From Eledone cirrhosa (taxonomy: Eukaryota), in assembly GCA_964016885.1 (NCBI GenBank), contig OZ024745.1, positions 22,568,001-22,632,000 of the forward strand: a stretch of DNA of 64,000 bases, written 5' to 3'. A program made the position numbers and the translations under genes. Of this stretch, positions 27,001-41,557 are shown one piece after another. Position 1 is the first letter of the stretch; each line of letters starts with the position of its first letter. Below the pieces are notes generated by a model, which made no database searches, was not told the origin of the DNA, and worked only from the letters and a program-made list of their open reading frames with translations.

Positions 27001-27671
27001 ATAATCAACGCCAGAATTTCTTAGTCTTTTCGGAAATTATTTGTTTTCCCTTCTTCACCCCTCCTCCCTTGCCAAAAAAAGAAAATTCTTAATGATCTTT
27101 TATTAACGAGAAATAGGTTTGTGGCTTCGTATCGTCTGAGGATTAGTGGAAGACTGACATTATTGGTCGCTTATAAATGTTGTCAAATATTACTCATAGA
27201 TTTTATCACCAATTTAAAGATTCATGAAGTATAGCGTAACCATGTGGTACATGTAAAGTACTTAACACAAATTTTATCCGGGCATTTTAGATTTAATGTT
27301 ACGCTCAAATTCTTTTTTTTTTTAAATATATATAATTTCATGAAACCAAACAATTTCGGGACTTAAGTATTTCATTTATATGATAATTTATTAATACGTT
27401 TATTTTATTATATATTACAGTCTCTTCAATTTTCTATTTTGGCTAAAAGCGCAATGAATTATATTTTCCAAAGAGATTTTTTTTAAATTTGTATTTAGAT
27501 ATTTTACAACTTAAATCTATCTAGACATCCTTTATAAAACACTGGAAATGTTGTTTTGTAGGAAATGTCTTTTTCCGCTCCGAGGCCCACTTTAATTCTT
27601 ATACTTTCACCTTTATATCATGAAGACATTTTTTGCTCTTATTTCGTCGCTATCATATCTTTTATTTTATT

Positions 27672-27759
<88 letters not shown>

Positions 27760-28004
27760 ATATATATATAATATATATTGCTACAGGAGATATATATGGC
27801 TTACTCTGAGATTCAGTCCATTATAGCTATCTTATGTTTTTCTGGATTAATTATTTTCTTACTATTGTTGGAGGAAGTTTTGCATATTTTAAGGCACGAT
27901 TTTTATTTATATATCTTGCCTTGAAACTATGCTTATCTCATTTAGTGTTTTTCTCGATATATGCTTGAAATTTTTATATTATTATTTTGCTATTATTATT
28001 ATTA

Positions 28005-28328
28005 CTGGTAGAGTCGGTAGAGTCTTGGACAACATGTTTTGTGGTATATATTTATGGTTCTTTACGTTCTGGGATCAAATCCCGCCGAGGTTAACTTTGC
28101 CTTTCATCCTTATGGGGTCGATAAAATAAACTACCAGTCATGCACTGGGGTCGATTTAATAGACTTTCCCCTCTCCCCAAAAATTGTTTGCCCTGTGCCT
28201 ATATAAGAAACCATTATTATTATTACTGGCAGAATCGGTAGAGTATCGGACAACATGTTTTGTGGCATATATTCATGGTCCTTTACATTCTGAGTTCAAA
28301 TCCTGCCGAGGTTAGCTTTCCGTTTCAC
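28005..28328 (+). mobile_element. Two tandem family A SINEs (second is 3'-truncated)
   Basis: GGCAGAATCGGTAGAG heads and B-box; each preceded by (ATT)n. Confidence 0.8.
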
Positions 28329-28469
28329 ATTGCAAAAGAGGGTTTTAGCCCTGAAATATCATGTTGAAATATATTAGGTAAAGCATCATTTTTTTTTTAT
28401 TTGTCATCCTTTGTGCTCTTTATATATTTCTATTGTACCGGCTTTTTGAAACATATTAGTCATTTATTA

Positions 28470-28529
<60 letters not shown>

Positions 28530-28592
28530 TTCTCATCTTATCATTCCTGTAGTCTGGTGGATATATAGTAACAACAGTTAGTTCACCATACC

Positions 28593-28632
28593 GAGAACAA
28601 TTGTTTCACCTTATGCGGATCCTCAGTAACTC
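28593..28632 (-). ncRNA. Hammerhead motif with disrupted stem I
   Basis: Minus strand: CTGAGGA-t cc gcataa gg t-GAAA-caattg-TT; palindromic stem III ACAATTGT. Confidence 0.6.
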
Positions 28633-28907
28633 GTCCCATGGAATCAGTGCTCTACCACTACGGATATTACCTTCCAGTGTTCTACCTCTATATATTTATT
28701 TTTCCTTATCGAGCCCTCTTTGGATTTTAGTCTTCAAATTTATTATTATTACTATATATATATATATATATATATGGAAAGTTATATTTAAATTGTTGGG
28801 TTAACAACGAGTAAATATTTATAACTGATATAAAAGCACTCAACAAGTATTTGGAGTATATTTATGATATTAAATAAATGGAAACTATATTTATAAAACC
28901 ATATTTA

Positions 28908-28969
28908 TTTCGTTATATATATTTCAGGGATATCATATTAACAATATGTTATGCCATCTTCAGACAAAA
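28908..28969 (-). ncRNA. Type-I hammerhead ribozyme
   Basis: Minus strand: tttgt-CTGAAGA-tgg..CATATT gtt AATATG..cct-GAAA-tata-TA-acgaa; then AATAAA and the TTGAGTGCTT motif. Confidence 0.85.
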
Positions 28970-29159
28970 TACAATATAAACAGTCTTATAAATAAATAGA
29001 TACGACATACCTTTCAATCACCTTGCATTTGGGAGGTTGATTTGGCACATATATATATAGTAAGAATAATAAATTCGAAGACTAAAATCCAAAGAGGGCT
29101 CGATAAGGATAAATAAATATCAAATATATAAGAACCGTAGAACAAATAAATTTTAATAA

Positions 29160-29191
<32 letters not shown>

Positions 29192-29387
29192 TACGTGTGT
29201 GTGTGTTTGAAAATTCGAAAATATGAGAGTACCAAATGCTGACTCACTGTAGATAATAGTTGAGAAGAGTGGGTAATATACTCTGAAAGATGGAGAAAAG
29301 TGTGTCCTCTTCTCTCTGTTTTTAAGTATTGTCAGAAACCGTCGTCTCTTCAATACAACGTAAATATTACCACAGCATATCTACATC

Positions 29388-29950
29388 TATATATTTCGTA
29401 ATTGGTTCTACTTTTGGCACAAGGCCATCACTTATACCAGGGCATTACTATATATTTCGTAATTGGTTCTACTTTTGGCACAAGACCATCAATTATACCA
29501 GGGCATTACTATATATTAATATTTGGTTCTACTTTTGGCACAAAGCCATCAATTATACCAGGGCATTACTATATATTTAGTAATTGGTTCTACTTTTGGC
29601 ACAAAGCCATCAATTATACCAGGGCATTACTATATATTTAGTAATTGGTTCTACTTTTGGCACAAGGCCATCAATTATACCAGGGCATTTCTATATATTT
29701 AGTAATTGGTTCTAATTTTGGCACAAAGCCATCAATTATACCAGGGCATTACTATATATTTAGTAATTGGTTCTAATTTTGGCACAAAGCCATCAATTAT
29801 ACCAGGGCATTACTATATATTTAGTAATTGGTTCTACTTTTGGCACAAGGCCATCACTTATACCAGGGCATTACTATATATTTAGTAATTGGTTCTAATT
29901 TTGGCACAAAGCCATCAATTATACCAGGGCATTACTATATATTTAGTAAT
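29388..29950. repeat. 61-bp minisatellite, about 9 copies, derived from the family A SINE 3' tail
   Basis: Unit TATATTTAGTAATTGGTTCTACTTTTGGCACAAGGCCATCAATTATACCAGGGCATTACTA matches the reverse complement of the SINE tail. Confidence 0.93.
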
Positions 29951-30352
29951 GAGCTTATGTAAGTGTATGGGAAAGAGAGAGAGGGGGGTGATCGAAAGAT
30001 AGAGAGGCAGAGAGAGGGTGGAAGAGAGTGATCAAAAGACAGAGAGGCAGAGAGAGAAAGAGAGATAGTGACTGAGACTTACAGACCAAAACGAGGGACA
30101 GAAAGAGAGATATATAGATCTTAGAACGACACACATACAGTTATCTATTTAATGTGGTATGGTAAATACATATACAACATGTCTGAATACAATGGAACCA
30201 AACTCTCACTGCCTCCCTTCTGTTTGTGTTTATACTTTGTCAACAACGTTCCTTTTTTTAAAACTCTTTTGACTGTTAACATTTTAACTCTTAAACAAAA
30301 ATATATATAGAATCATTGGAACATCTGACTGATAAAATGACAAGTCAGTCAA

Positions 30353-30465
30353 TCATATTGGTGGCCTCCCCACAGCCCCGGCGGACAGAATGGAGAAGGC
30401 GTTTCCCCGGAGGACGGCAAAGGAGACGCGCTGGAAAAGCCATTCCAGCTCGCGAGGCTCTACAA
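30353..30465 (-). mobile_element. C-terminal fragment of a CRE-like RLE non-LTR retrotransposon
   Basis: Minus translation EPRELEWLFQRVSFAVLRGNAFSILSAG..* matches the CRE-type terminus (xPRExxxLxQRISxAxQRGNAxSIL); GC-rich island. Confidence 0.7.
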
Positions 30466-30609
30466 CCCCTGTTTTGTCCTTTGTAAAAGTCATCTATAGG
30501 GTTTTTACTGTTATAACAACATAGTGCAGTGGTTTTATTACCCGTGTTCAAATCCCATTGTGATCAACTTTGCTTTTATTTTTTTGCGGGGGGAACTATA
30601 ATATTGGTA

Positions 30610-30900
30610 CGGTATGGCCCTGTAACTCATGATGCAGACATAGGTGTGCCATAGTAGCATATGGTGTTTCTAGGGCATTTGTAAGCCTGGCGGAGCCCAT
30701 CCAACACCAGGTCTGAATACAATAGATTTCTTCCAGAGAAGGAGAGAAAGTGAGAAAGAGTTATAGAGGAAGAATCGACCCCAATGCTGCAATGGTACTT
30801 TCTTTATCGACTTCTAAAGAATGAAAGACAAAGTTGACCTTGGCGAGATTTCAACTGAGAGAGTAGAAAGCATTCTATCTGACGTTCTAACGACTCTGTC
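30610..30900 (-). mobile_element. Family A SINE variant with an alternative long 3' tail
   Basis: Shares TAGGGCATTT..CCAGGTCTGAA..GAGAAAGAG with 40445-40765 and 56725-57045. Confidence 0.65.
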
Positions 30901-31020
30901 TCATCGATAAGATTATTTACCTGTTATGTACTCGGGTCCATTTAATGGAATCACCCCTCTTTCCAAATGTTGACCTTGTTGTTATGCTAGAAATGAATTT
31001 TATATTATTCTAAATCTAAG

Positions 31021-31211
31021 GGCGGTGGATTGGCAGTATCGGTAGAGGGTCGGACGCCATGCTTTACAGTATAGACTTACGGCCCTTTACTTTCTGAGTT
31101 CAAATCCCGCCGAGGTTAACGTTGCCTTTCATCCTTACGGGGTCGATAAAATAAAGTACCAGTAATGTACTGGGTAATTACTGGCCTTGTGCCAAAAGTA
31201 GAAACAATTAT
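31021..31211 (+). mobile_element. Full-length family A SINE with TSD
   Basis: GGCGGTGGATTGGCAGTATCGGTAGAG...AGTAGAAACAATTAT; flanks ATTATTCTAAATC and ATTATCCTAAATC. Confidence 0.9.
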
Positions 31212-31735
31212 CCTAAATCAGTTATTGCGAAGTCTAAAAATAATTTAATCCTCATTATAGGTGCAGGGTTAACAGCAGTAATGTTATTAATACTGGTGGT
31301 AGGAAAGTACTTAACGTGGAGGTTATAAAGGCTGCAAGAAGCATAGTGGTGGTCGTGATGACACTAACAACGCTGAAGGAAATAAAGCCTTGTCGCTTTT
31401 GGCTATTTTTCAAGACTCCTGCTGATATGGCACTTGTAAAGAACAGAAACTGACATGTTTATACAAACGTACATACACAGGCACACACACACACATCATC
31501 CCCCCCCCCCATACGCATACACATACATATTAACGCACGCACATACACTCGGATATATATAATATACGTGTGTGTGTACGCATGTTTGAGCTTGAACAAG
31601 TATATACATATACGCACGCACATATATACATATATGTACATATATACATATATACAAGTATACATATATACATATATACAAGTATGTACATATATACATA
31701 TATACAAGTATGTATATATATATATATATATATGT

Positions 31736-31798
<63 letters not shown>

Positions 31799-31859
31799 TG
31801 CATATATATATATATATGTACATACATATATATATATGTACATATATACATATATACAA

Positions 31860-31925
<66 letters not shown>

Positions 31926-33947
31926 CATTGAGGTAGAAACGAGGAAAAGTCGTTTGATATTCTTTTAACATTGAGGTAGAAACGAGGAAAAGTCGTTTGA
32001 TATTCTTTCATTAGCTTCAGTTATTCCAGTGCGGCCGGCCATACTGGATTACCTCTTTCAAGTATTTAATCGATTATATCGTCCCCATTACCTATTTTCT
32101 TCTGTACTTATTTTATTAATATCTATTTATATTATTTATATGTGTATTTAAGTGTGTAAGCAACAAATAAGGACCACTCAATACAAGAAGTAGGTTTTAT
32201 GTACATATCTAAATATCGATACTGAAAAGTATCCAAAGTCGAAATTATAACGTACATATAAGAATATAGTAAAAAAAAAATCTCAATAATTTAGTAGAAC
32301 AAATATACAATATATATGATTATGATTCCAGCTTACATTTTATTACTCAGAGTTTTATGTCCTTGCTCTTGGAAAATCTACAAACTGAGCTGCCTGGTGG
32401 AAGAGATATCTTTATTAATCTTTATCGAACAGTATTTATATGTGATTAATCGTTTTGTTAACTCTTAGTTTTTCTTGGATACGAGATTTCACTTTACGAA
32501 GTTCCGATTTTGGTGACAATTACGTTTAATCTTTTTCAATATCTCTCCTAAATTTAGAATAGAAACTTGCTCTTGTGACGATACTTAAACATTATCTTTC
32601 GTCTTCTCTTTAAAGTGAGAATGAAGTATTTCAGCTTTCGTGAAAATGAGGTATTTCTCGTCGCCACAGAAGCCAGAGAAATTTTAACGATAGATGTATT
32701 TATTACCGAGGTGCAGTGTGAACTATATGATATTAAATTTGTCAATATTGTGATCTTCCAAGTACCATATGTGGCTCTGGAATAATGTGCTCTTTCTATT
32801 GTCACTATATTAAATGGTTGATTTTTTTTACTCACACATTTCAACACCATGCTTGAGAAGTTGGATATCTACTGCGATTTACAGCGGAACAAATTGAGAG
32901 CAACAGAGAGGGCTTTTAGATGGCTATAGTTGGAAAGAAGTGACTGAAGGGGTCAGTAGTTTGTATACCATTTGGACACAGACGGAAGCTTGGTCAACCT
33001 CACTTAGGTCACCTGGGTGAGGGCATATGGTGTAAGACACAAAATATTCTGGGAGTCCAGAATACAACACTGATGTTGTGTCCAAGGTAATAACAAAAAT
33101 AGTCATGAAATGCGTTGACAACAAAATTAACCAAAACAACAAACCTTATAGACTAATTAGTGGCCAACACAGCAGCCGGATTAAGACAATAACAGCTACA
33201 TATATTTGTCTGTCTTTCTTTCAACCTATCTATTTATTTACTTGCCTACTTATCAACTTATTTCTCTATCTGCAGATAACAACAATAACCAGAAGAAGAA
33301 GAAGAAGAAGAAGAAGAAGAAGAAGAAGAAGAAGAAGAAGAAGAAGGCTGATTTACAAATTATCAAAGTCAAGGAAAACTCAGGGATTCATAGAATGGTC
33401 TAATCATTTAATTTTAAAATTATATTTTACTTCACACCATATTTTTTGGCGGGTATTCTGCTAGTGTGTGTATATATATATATACCCTAAAATGGGAAAA
33501 ATTAGCTAAAACCCAAAGCTTTTCCAGGAGCCAAAATTTCTGCAAATTGTGTAATCTTGAGATTTATTACATAATCACACACAAGAAGAAACTGCTGAAT
33601 AACAGAATTGAACGAACATTATTCTGCCGTCACAGAACTAAAACCCTTTTTTCCCACTACAAGCCGAATATTACATAAAAGAGGGACATCCCCCAACTAT
33701 ATAAACCTTAATCTAGTTAGAAAAATATAAAAACAATCTCTTTTCAACATATATTAATAACCTTAAATTACCATACTAATAATGAAAAGATATGCTGATG
33801 AGAATAGGTACAAATATGCGATAATGAATGTGTCTAAAAACGTCCATAAGTATGTATATATATGTGAAAATGTATATAAATAAGTAAATATATATATATG
33901 TTTGATGTGTATAGTTAGATGTAAGTGTATTCATGTATTAAAGTGCT

Positions 33948-33996
<49 letters not shown>

Positions 33997-33997
33997 G

Positions 33998-34052
<55 letters not shown>

Positions 34053-34648
34053 ATATATGTATATGTATATATGTATGTATATATGTGTATGTATGTATGT
34101 GTATATGGATGTGTATGTATGTGTATGTGTGTACACATGGACTAGAGTATGTATGTATATATGTGTGTGTCTATACGTGTGTATATATAAAGATAAGTTG
34201 AGTATGAAAATGTATACACATGAGCGCGTATGTATGTACATGAATACATGTGTGTATATATATGTGTATGCATGTGTATATATATGTAAGTATGAATATG
34301 TGAATTGTGAGTATATGTATTTTGTAGAGGTGTGCAAATATATTTGTGTGTGAATGCGTGGGTGAAAGAATACGTACACTTGAAAGAAAAATTTAAGTCT
34401 GAATGTTAAGTGCAAACACAAAACCAACCACGCATATCTTTACTATCTCTAATCCTTCTATAGATTTAGAAAAATAACCAATAATATATTCTATAAAAAA
34501 TGTCAAAACAACAGATGGGAATCTAATTAATCACTGCCACCAAGAATTCTCACTGCTATCGAAAAACCACTCCTTCAACTATTCTTCTAACAACTTCACC
34601 CCTTCCTCCTAATATTCTCTATAAAAACTAAATAGGTCCTCAGTAATA

Positions 34649-34765
34649 TTATTCTGATGAAATGACAGTAAACAATAACATTGAAATATTGAATGTCTGC
34701 ATAACTAAAAGTTTGTAGATAGCTGTTTTAGGTTATGTAACTGTTATAGAAACACGTGTCAATAA
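34649..34765 (+). ncRNA. Type-I hammerhead ribozyme with a large branched stem-II insertion
   Basis: ttatt-CTGATGA-a-ATGACAGT...ACTGTTAT-a-GAAA-cacgtg-TC-aataa; palindromic stem III ACACGTGT. Confidence 0.8.
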
Positions 34766-34799
34766 ATTCCTTTCAACTAAACTGTATCCATTCAAATCT

Positions 34800-34854
<55 letters not shown>

Positions 34855-34957
34855 GCCACCATAAATATTGTATTATTACATCACTAATATCAAGTAATTT
34901 CAGGCCATTGTATATGGGTTTTATTGTCTGTGTGTGTATAAATAAATAAATAAATAA

Positions 34958-35028
<71 letters not shown>

Positions 35029-35396
35029 CATGAGAATGTGTTTGTTTAGGGAAAATATGTGTGTTTCAGTACGTGCATATATGTGTGTACATTTGTTTGA
35101 GTATAAGAGAGAGAAAGAGAGAAACAGACTGTGTGTGTATGTGTATGTGTGTGTATGTATCTTCGTATGTGATCACATTTCCATGTGTCTGCTGTGACTC
35201 TATATCTACTCTTTGTATGGTACTATAGAGAACCTATCTACAATGTGTTTTGTGGCAACTTTAAACAGTTAAGTACTTACTTTACTTCTTTAGATCTGCC
35301 ATTCCATAACACTCTGCCCACCTTTTTCCCTATATATCAACTAACTGCACATGTAGCCGCTCTCAAGACTGAACGACCACCCATACGAATATTGCA

Positions 35397-35596
<200 letters not shown>

Positions 35597-35683
35597 AACA
35601 TAAATTATCGAGATTCGCATTTCGGCCCACGAAATAACGAAACGCAACCTCCGAGATGTATATATATATATATATATATATAG

Positions 35684-35724
<41 letters not shown>

Positions 35725-36282
35725 CCTTCCTATGTGCGTCGGAGTCTGTATGTATATATACAGTATATATGTATGTATGTAAACACTTGACTTCTTACCC
35801 TCTTTTACAAGCAACCGCCCAACACACCCCCCGCCTGACCGCCAATTCCATCGATCAATAACCACATGAAATCTATCCTTTCGCAGCTCTACCAACCAAT
35901 CTGTCATTTACACTACGACCACTACCACCTCAACAACAACAACTAACTCCCCACCACAACCTCTATTGCAACCCTCACCTCCCTTGCTCTATTTTCACCG
36001 AATATCACCCCGAAATATATGCCCCACCTTGTGACGATATGGTCCCCTCCATACATGCCGACAATAACCTCACCAGCCTCTTTACCGCAACAACCTTCGG
36101 CATATAACTCCCACACTACCACTACCACCACAACTAGCATGCATAGCACACCACCACACCAGCCCCCCACCCGCCACCCCACCCCACCGTCCCACAACCT
36201 TTGGTATACAACTAACTACCACCACAACTATCATCTATACCACACCTCAGAGGCTGCAAAATATATACACATACACACACAC

Positions 36283-36315
<33 letters not shown>

Positions 36316-36317
<2 letters not shown>

Positions 36318-36510
36318 GATGAGATTCTACAGGACTAGAACTGTTTCATTCTTTAGAAATCATCAGGAATCAGAGATTCCTGATGATTTCTAAAGAATGA
36401 AACAGTTCTAGTCCTGTAGAATCTCATCTATATTAAAACTTTTATACTCTGCAATGTATTGAGTACCTTACTTACTGTGGTTACCTCCGATTCAACCCGG
36501 AATAACGTAT
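36316..36510 (+). mobile_element. pLTR-like unit: palindrome 36316-36430 with two divergent HHRs plus 3' tail
   Basis: Plus HHR 36373-36425: gagattc-CTGATGA-tttctaaagaat-GAAA-cag..ctg-TA-gaatctc; mirror copy at 36321-36371. Confidence 0.85.
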
Positions 36511-36512
36511 AT

Positions 36513-36830
36513 ATATGATGGCTGCCCCCTCGTTATCGAGTATGGCCATTGTACGATATACAATTATTAATAATTATTAATTAATTCCTTCGTGCAATGC
36601 CTGTGCGTGGAGATATTTTTTAAAGTGAGGAAAGACTGTGCACTGAGCCAATCCCACTCTCTGAGCGACAGTAGCTATAACCCGAAAAGAAGAAAAAGAT
36701 CAACATCATCGGTAACTACTGAGCCGCAGGTTTTATGTCGGAGTTATCCCACTTTCCTGAGTTGCCTTCTCCTAGAAGAATGCCCTGACAAAGGCTAGGG
36801 GTCATTCACTCCCAGTGGTTTAACCGCGCG
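36513..36830 (-). mobile_element. Bipartite RTE-derived non-autonomous element
   Basis: 5' part homologous to 17225-17425; 3' tail near-identical to 16915-16995. Confidence 0.65.
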
Positions 36831-36868
36831 GTACATACATACATATATATATATATACATATATATAT

Positions 36869-36899
<31 letters not shown>

Positions 36900-37315
36900 C
36901 ACATGTATATATATATATATACATGTATATATATATATATGTATATATATACATATATACATATATATATACACACACACACACACACAAAATACGCTAA
37001 AATACGAAAAAATGCATGAAACAACAATAATCATAAGCGGTATGTCAACGAGCGATTTACGAAATCCGCCATGACACCAATACCAACACCGACACAAAAC
37101 AGCGATACCCTGTTATTACAAACAAGCATTTCTCCACTTTGCCAAATGCTCTCAATCAAAAACACCGCCAACGACTACACCACGTCACCCCTATAAACAC
37201 CATTAACTACCAAAATAGATAGGTGGTTAGAGAGATAGAGAAGAGTAGATAGATAGATGGATAGAGAGATAGATAAATAAAAAAAATAGGTAGATAGATA
37301 GATAGATAGACGGAC

Positions 37316-37429
<114 letters not shown>

Positions 37430-37704
37430 GTTGTATGGCATACATTTCAAAACTGTTGGAAGCCGCCTTGGACTCTGAAGACAGCGATGGGTGGGGTGGA
37501 TCTAACGAAGATAGACATCCGGTCCAGGTGTTCCCAGCCAGCGGGATCTTTTGTCGGAAATAATGCTGCCAGGCTCTTTACAAAATGTACACAAAGAAAT
37601 CTATACACAAACATACGTAAACATACATGTTACACAACATACACACACACATAGCTTTACACAACGTAGGCACGTATACATACTGATACTAACACACATA
37701 CACG

Positions 37705-37735
<31 letters not shown>

Positions 37736-37785
37736 AAATGATAAAATGCATTTACGTGTAAAAGCTCAATTCTCTCTCTCTCTCT

Positions 37786-37824
<39 letters not shown>

Positions 37825-37838
37825 CACACCTTTTACAT

Positions 37839-37872
<34 letters not shown>

Positions 37873-38018
37873 TTCTGTGTATGTATACATACATAAATAT
37901 GCAGATCAGAGAGATGTCAAACTTCGAAATCTTTTACGCGCATATGCAAATTAGTCTATAAATAATTTCAGGTATACTGCCATTGGGCACACACAAACGT
38001 GTATACTATATGTATATG

Positions 38019-38113
<95 letters not shown>

Positions 38114-38144
38114 TATACACATATACACACATATATATATATAT

Positions 38145-38226
<82 letters not shown>

Positions 38227-38425
38227 ACTCAAGAGTCACATGACAACCACTTGGTGCTCTATTTGTTTGGGAAATGTTAAATTTGATATATTCCTCCCTA
38301 CCACCTTCTTTCACAATAGTGCTGACAAGATGATCAGTAATCAAATGGACATCTATCAATAGCTACCTACCTATGTATCTGTATCTTCGGACATTAACTA
38401 CATCTATTTATCTATCTATCCATTT

Positions 38426-38471
<46 letters not shown>

Positions 38472-38873
38472 GGCCCCTTCCTCACACTTCCACTCACTCT
38501 CTGCTTCTCCCCCTCTCTCCCTTCCTCCCGTTTGAACTGTGTGAAATCCTTTTCTCGCTCACATCTCACCCATGTCGGATGGTCTGTATCTCTCGTCCAT
38601 GAATTCACCAAGCTTAAGCTTACAGATATCATGTACTTGTCTCTTCCTATCTTTCCGTTGCAATACCATCTTTGTTTGTTTACATGTCTCGCTCGTTTCA
38701 CCCTATTTTACTTGTCCCAATAACTTTATTTAGTTATTGCTCGCACCAACCAGAGGTATATGATTTTTGAAGCGATGAAATACCAATGAAGGTTGGAAGA
38801 TCACTGATGAAGGACTAATGTTATTCATATGTAACCCATGTGCAACCACGCAGCACTCCATTTTTCTTATATT

Positions 38874-38947
<74 letters not shown>

Positions 38948-39148
38948 TAGCGAGGATCGTATTTCGGCTATTGGAAATTAGCGAAAGGCACCTTCCGAGA
39001 AGTGAGGCAAGCGCTCCATAGAAGCTAGTGTTCTAGAGCAACAACGTAAGTTAAAAGGCCAAACACACTGAGACGATAGTTAAACCATTATCCGCACAGC
39101 CATAGAAACGATCAACCCATTTCGGGGCAAACAAATAATAATAATAAT

Positions 39149-39213
<65 letters not shown>

Positions 39214-39219
<6 letters not shown>

Positions 39220-39460
39220 AAGAGTGAAGAATAACATGGTCGGCTGTACAAAATAAAACCCTTTTTGTACAGCCGACCATGTTATTCTTCACTCTTTCAC
39301 TACTATTACTCCAGGAATAACCTGCATGGGAATTCTCGTAAACTCGCTACCTAACTAAGGAAACCTCTTGTTGAGACAAACAACGCCGTACGTTAAAACT
39401 ATCCATAGTACAGGATACTCACAGCCTCGAACTGGATTACGTAAAACGATAACTTGTTAT
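39214..39460. repeat. Hairpin-terminated dispersed element, short copy
   Basis: About 38-bp inverted arms TAGTGAAAGAGTGAAGAATAACATGGTCGGCTGTACAAAA; highly similar to 58522-58760. Confidence 0.8.
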
Positions 39461-39475
39461 CCCATATATATATAT

Positions 39476-39653
39476 TGGCAGTATCAGTAGAAGGTCGGAG
39501 GCCATGCTTTGCAGCATAGAGTTACGCCCCTTTATGATCTGATTTCAAATCCCACCAAGGTTAACTTTGCCTTTCATCCTTACGGGATCGATAAAATAAA
39601 GTACCAGTAACGAACTCGATATTTGCTGGCCTTGTGCCAAAAGAAGAAACAAT

Positions 39654-39655
<2 letters not shown>
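39476..39655 (+). mobile_element. Family A SINE
   Basis: Same head, body and tail motifs. Confidence 0.85.
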
Positions 39656-39723
<68 letters not shown>

Positions 39724-39930
39724 TGTGTGTGTGTGTGTGTGTAAGTTTGTGTGTAAATGCTTATATGTGTGTGTGTGTGTGTGTGTGTGAAATAAAGTGC
39801 CTTGCTCATAGATATATCACACTACCTGCTTAGGAGATCAAAACTACAAACTTATGGTCATGAGAGCAATACTTTAAACAATAGATAATGTACCTTCCTC
39901 ATATATATAAATATATATATATATATACAC

Positions 39931-40022
<92 letters not shown>

Positions 40023-40444
40023 CCTGTCTGTTTGTAACAAATATATGTAGGTCTGTATATAACTACACTAGATATATCCCATGATACCTTGTTTAACTTA
40101 AATGTATTTGTCCGGTGGTTCGTGCATCATGTACGGCTGCGTTTCTCTCAAACACTAATTTTCCATAATCTAATTTTCATAGCGGCTTATTAATATTTGA
40201 GTGTTAACATGAGGTTGCGTATAATTTTTGCCGTGCCTGTTTTGTAAAATCGATTATTGAAGGTGGAGAAATATCGCTTCCAGTATAATCTTGAAAGTTG
40301 TAAACTTTGTGGCAGGGATGTTACTTGCAACGTAGTATCGTGTCGATTAACTTTGCATTTACTGTAACGAGTCATTTCAATACAATGTTTCGGTTTTCAT
40401 TTTTGTTTTTTGGTTTTCGTAATATAATTATCATTTGATGCATG

Positions 40445-40765
40445 CATGGTCCCGTAACTGCCGAGGGAATTGTAGGGGCACCGTATTGACATACGAAGTT
40501 TCTAGGGCATTTTTATATCTGACGGAACCCATCTCCTCTCCAGGTCTGAACACAGCAGTTTTTCTCCGTAGTAGGTTAGAAAGTGAGGGAATGAAAGCGA
40601 GAAAGAGATATAGAGGAAAGTCAACCCCAGTACTTGACTGGTACTGCTTTTATTGACCTCGATCAGATGAAAGGTTAAGCTAACTTTGGTGGAATTTGAA
40701 CTCAGAAAGCTGAAATGAATACCACAAGGCGTTCAACGGTCTAACGACTCTGCCAATTCTCCGTC
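40445..40765 (-). mobile_element. Family A SINE variant with alternative tail
   Basis: Homologous to 30610-30900. Confidence 0.65.
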
Positions 40766-41557
40766 TATTAATTATTATTAGAAAAAGAAATTGTATTATC
40801 GATTACTGTTATACCTAAAATCCTGTTTTTTCTTTTATATATTACTCAAAGGGAATGTGATGTGCCAATAATTTTTGAAGGTCCATGAAAGCAGATAAGA
40901 TCAATACATGATATTTACAACCTCAATATTCAGAAATGTATAAGGTGAGTCTCAGGATATTGATGCAATCCTTACCTGAAAAGGTTTAAAGTCTGTCTCG
41001 TGCTCGGATGCTCATCACGCCGGTACTTATCCCGGTTTATGTGATATGAGGCAATTGAGAGTACAAGACTCCATCGCAGGGTAAATACTGGAGCAACAAG
41101 GAATGAGTTGCTCAAGAACACAACAGAGTTTAGGAAGCGAGACACGATGTTACAACCCAACACCCTTACCACTATGCCTCCCAAACCTTACCTGAAATTC
41201 TAATAATACATACAGCAAGGGTTTCTGTGATTATTAACCATTAGAAATATATGTTTCTTACCCTTTGCTATGTTGTGACATAGTATAGTTTCTGTTTATA
41301 TATGTTTGTATTGTATTTCTGAAAATAATTTTGTAATTTCTTCTAATCTTGATATTGTAACAGTTTGTCATGGATGACTTGCGATAATGGTGATGCTATT
41401 ATGCAGCACCTCTCGCAGTCAGGTACGAAAATCTATTCGGGCTCTTAGAAATTATATTTAAGCCAATACAATGATGTAAGGCAGGGATTCTTCTACAATC
41501 CATTCTGAGAATTTATACATAAAAGTCTCCTGAATGCCAGGCAGTCGTGTTTTAGGG

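Noticed and set aside
31021-31110. tRNA genes
   Set aside because: A/B-box-like heads continue into SINE bodies; no intact cloverleaf.
40851-40950. Possible exon ending in AAG/GTGAGT
   Set aside because: Stops in all frames from the plausible acceptors; no recognisable peptide.
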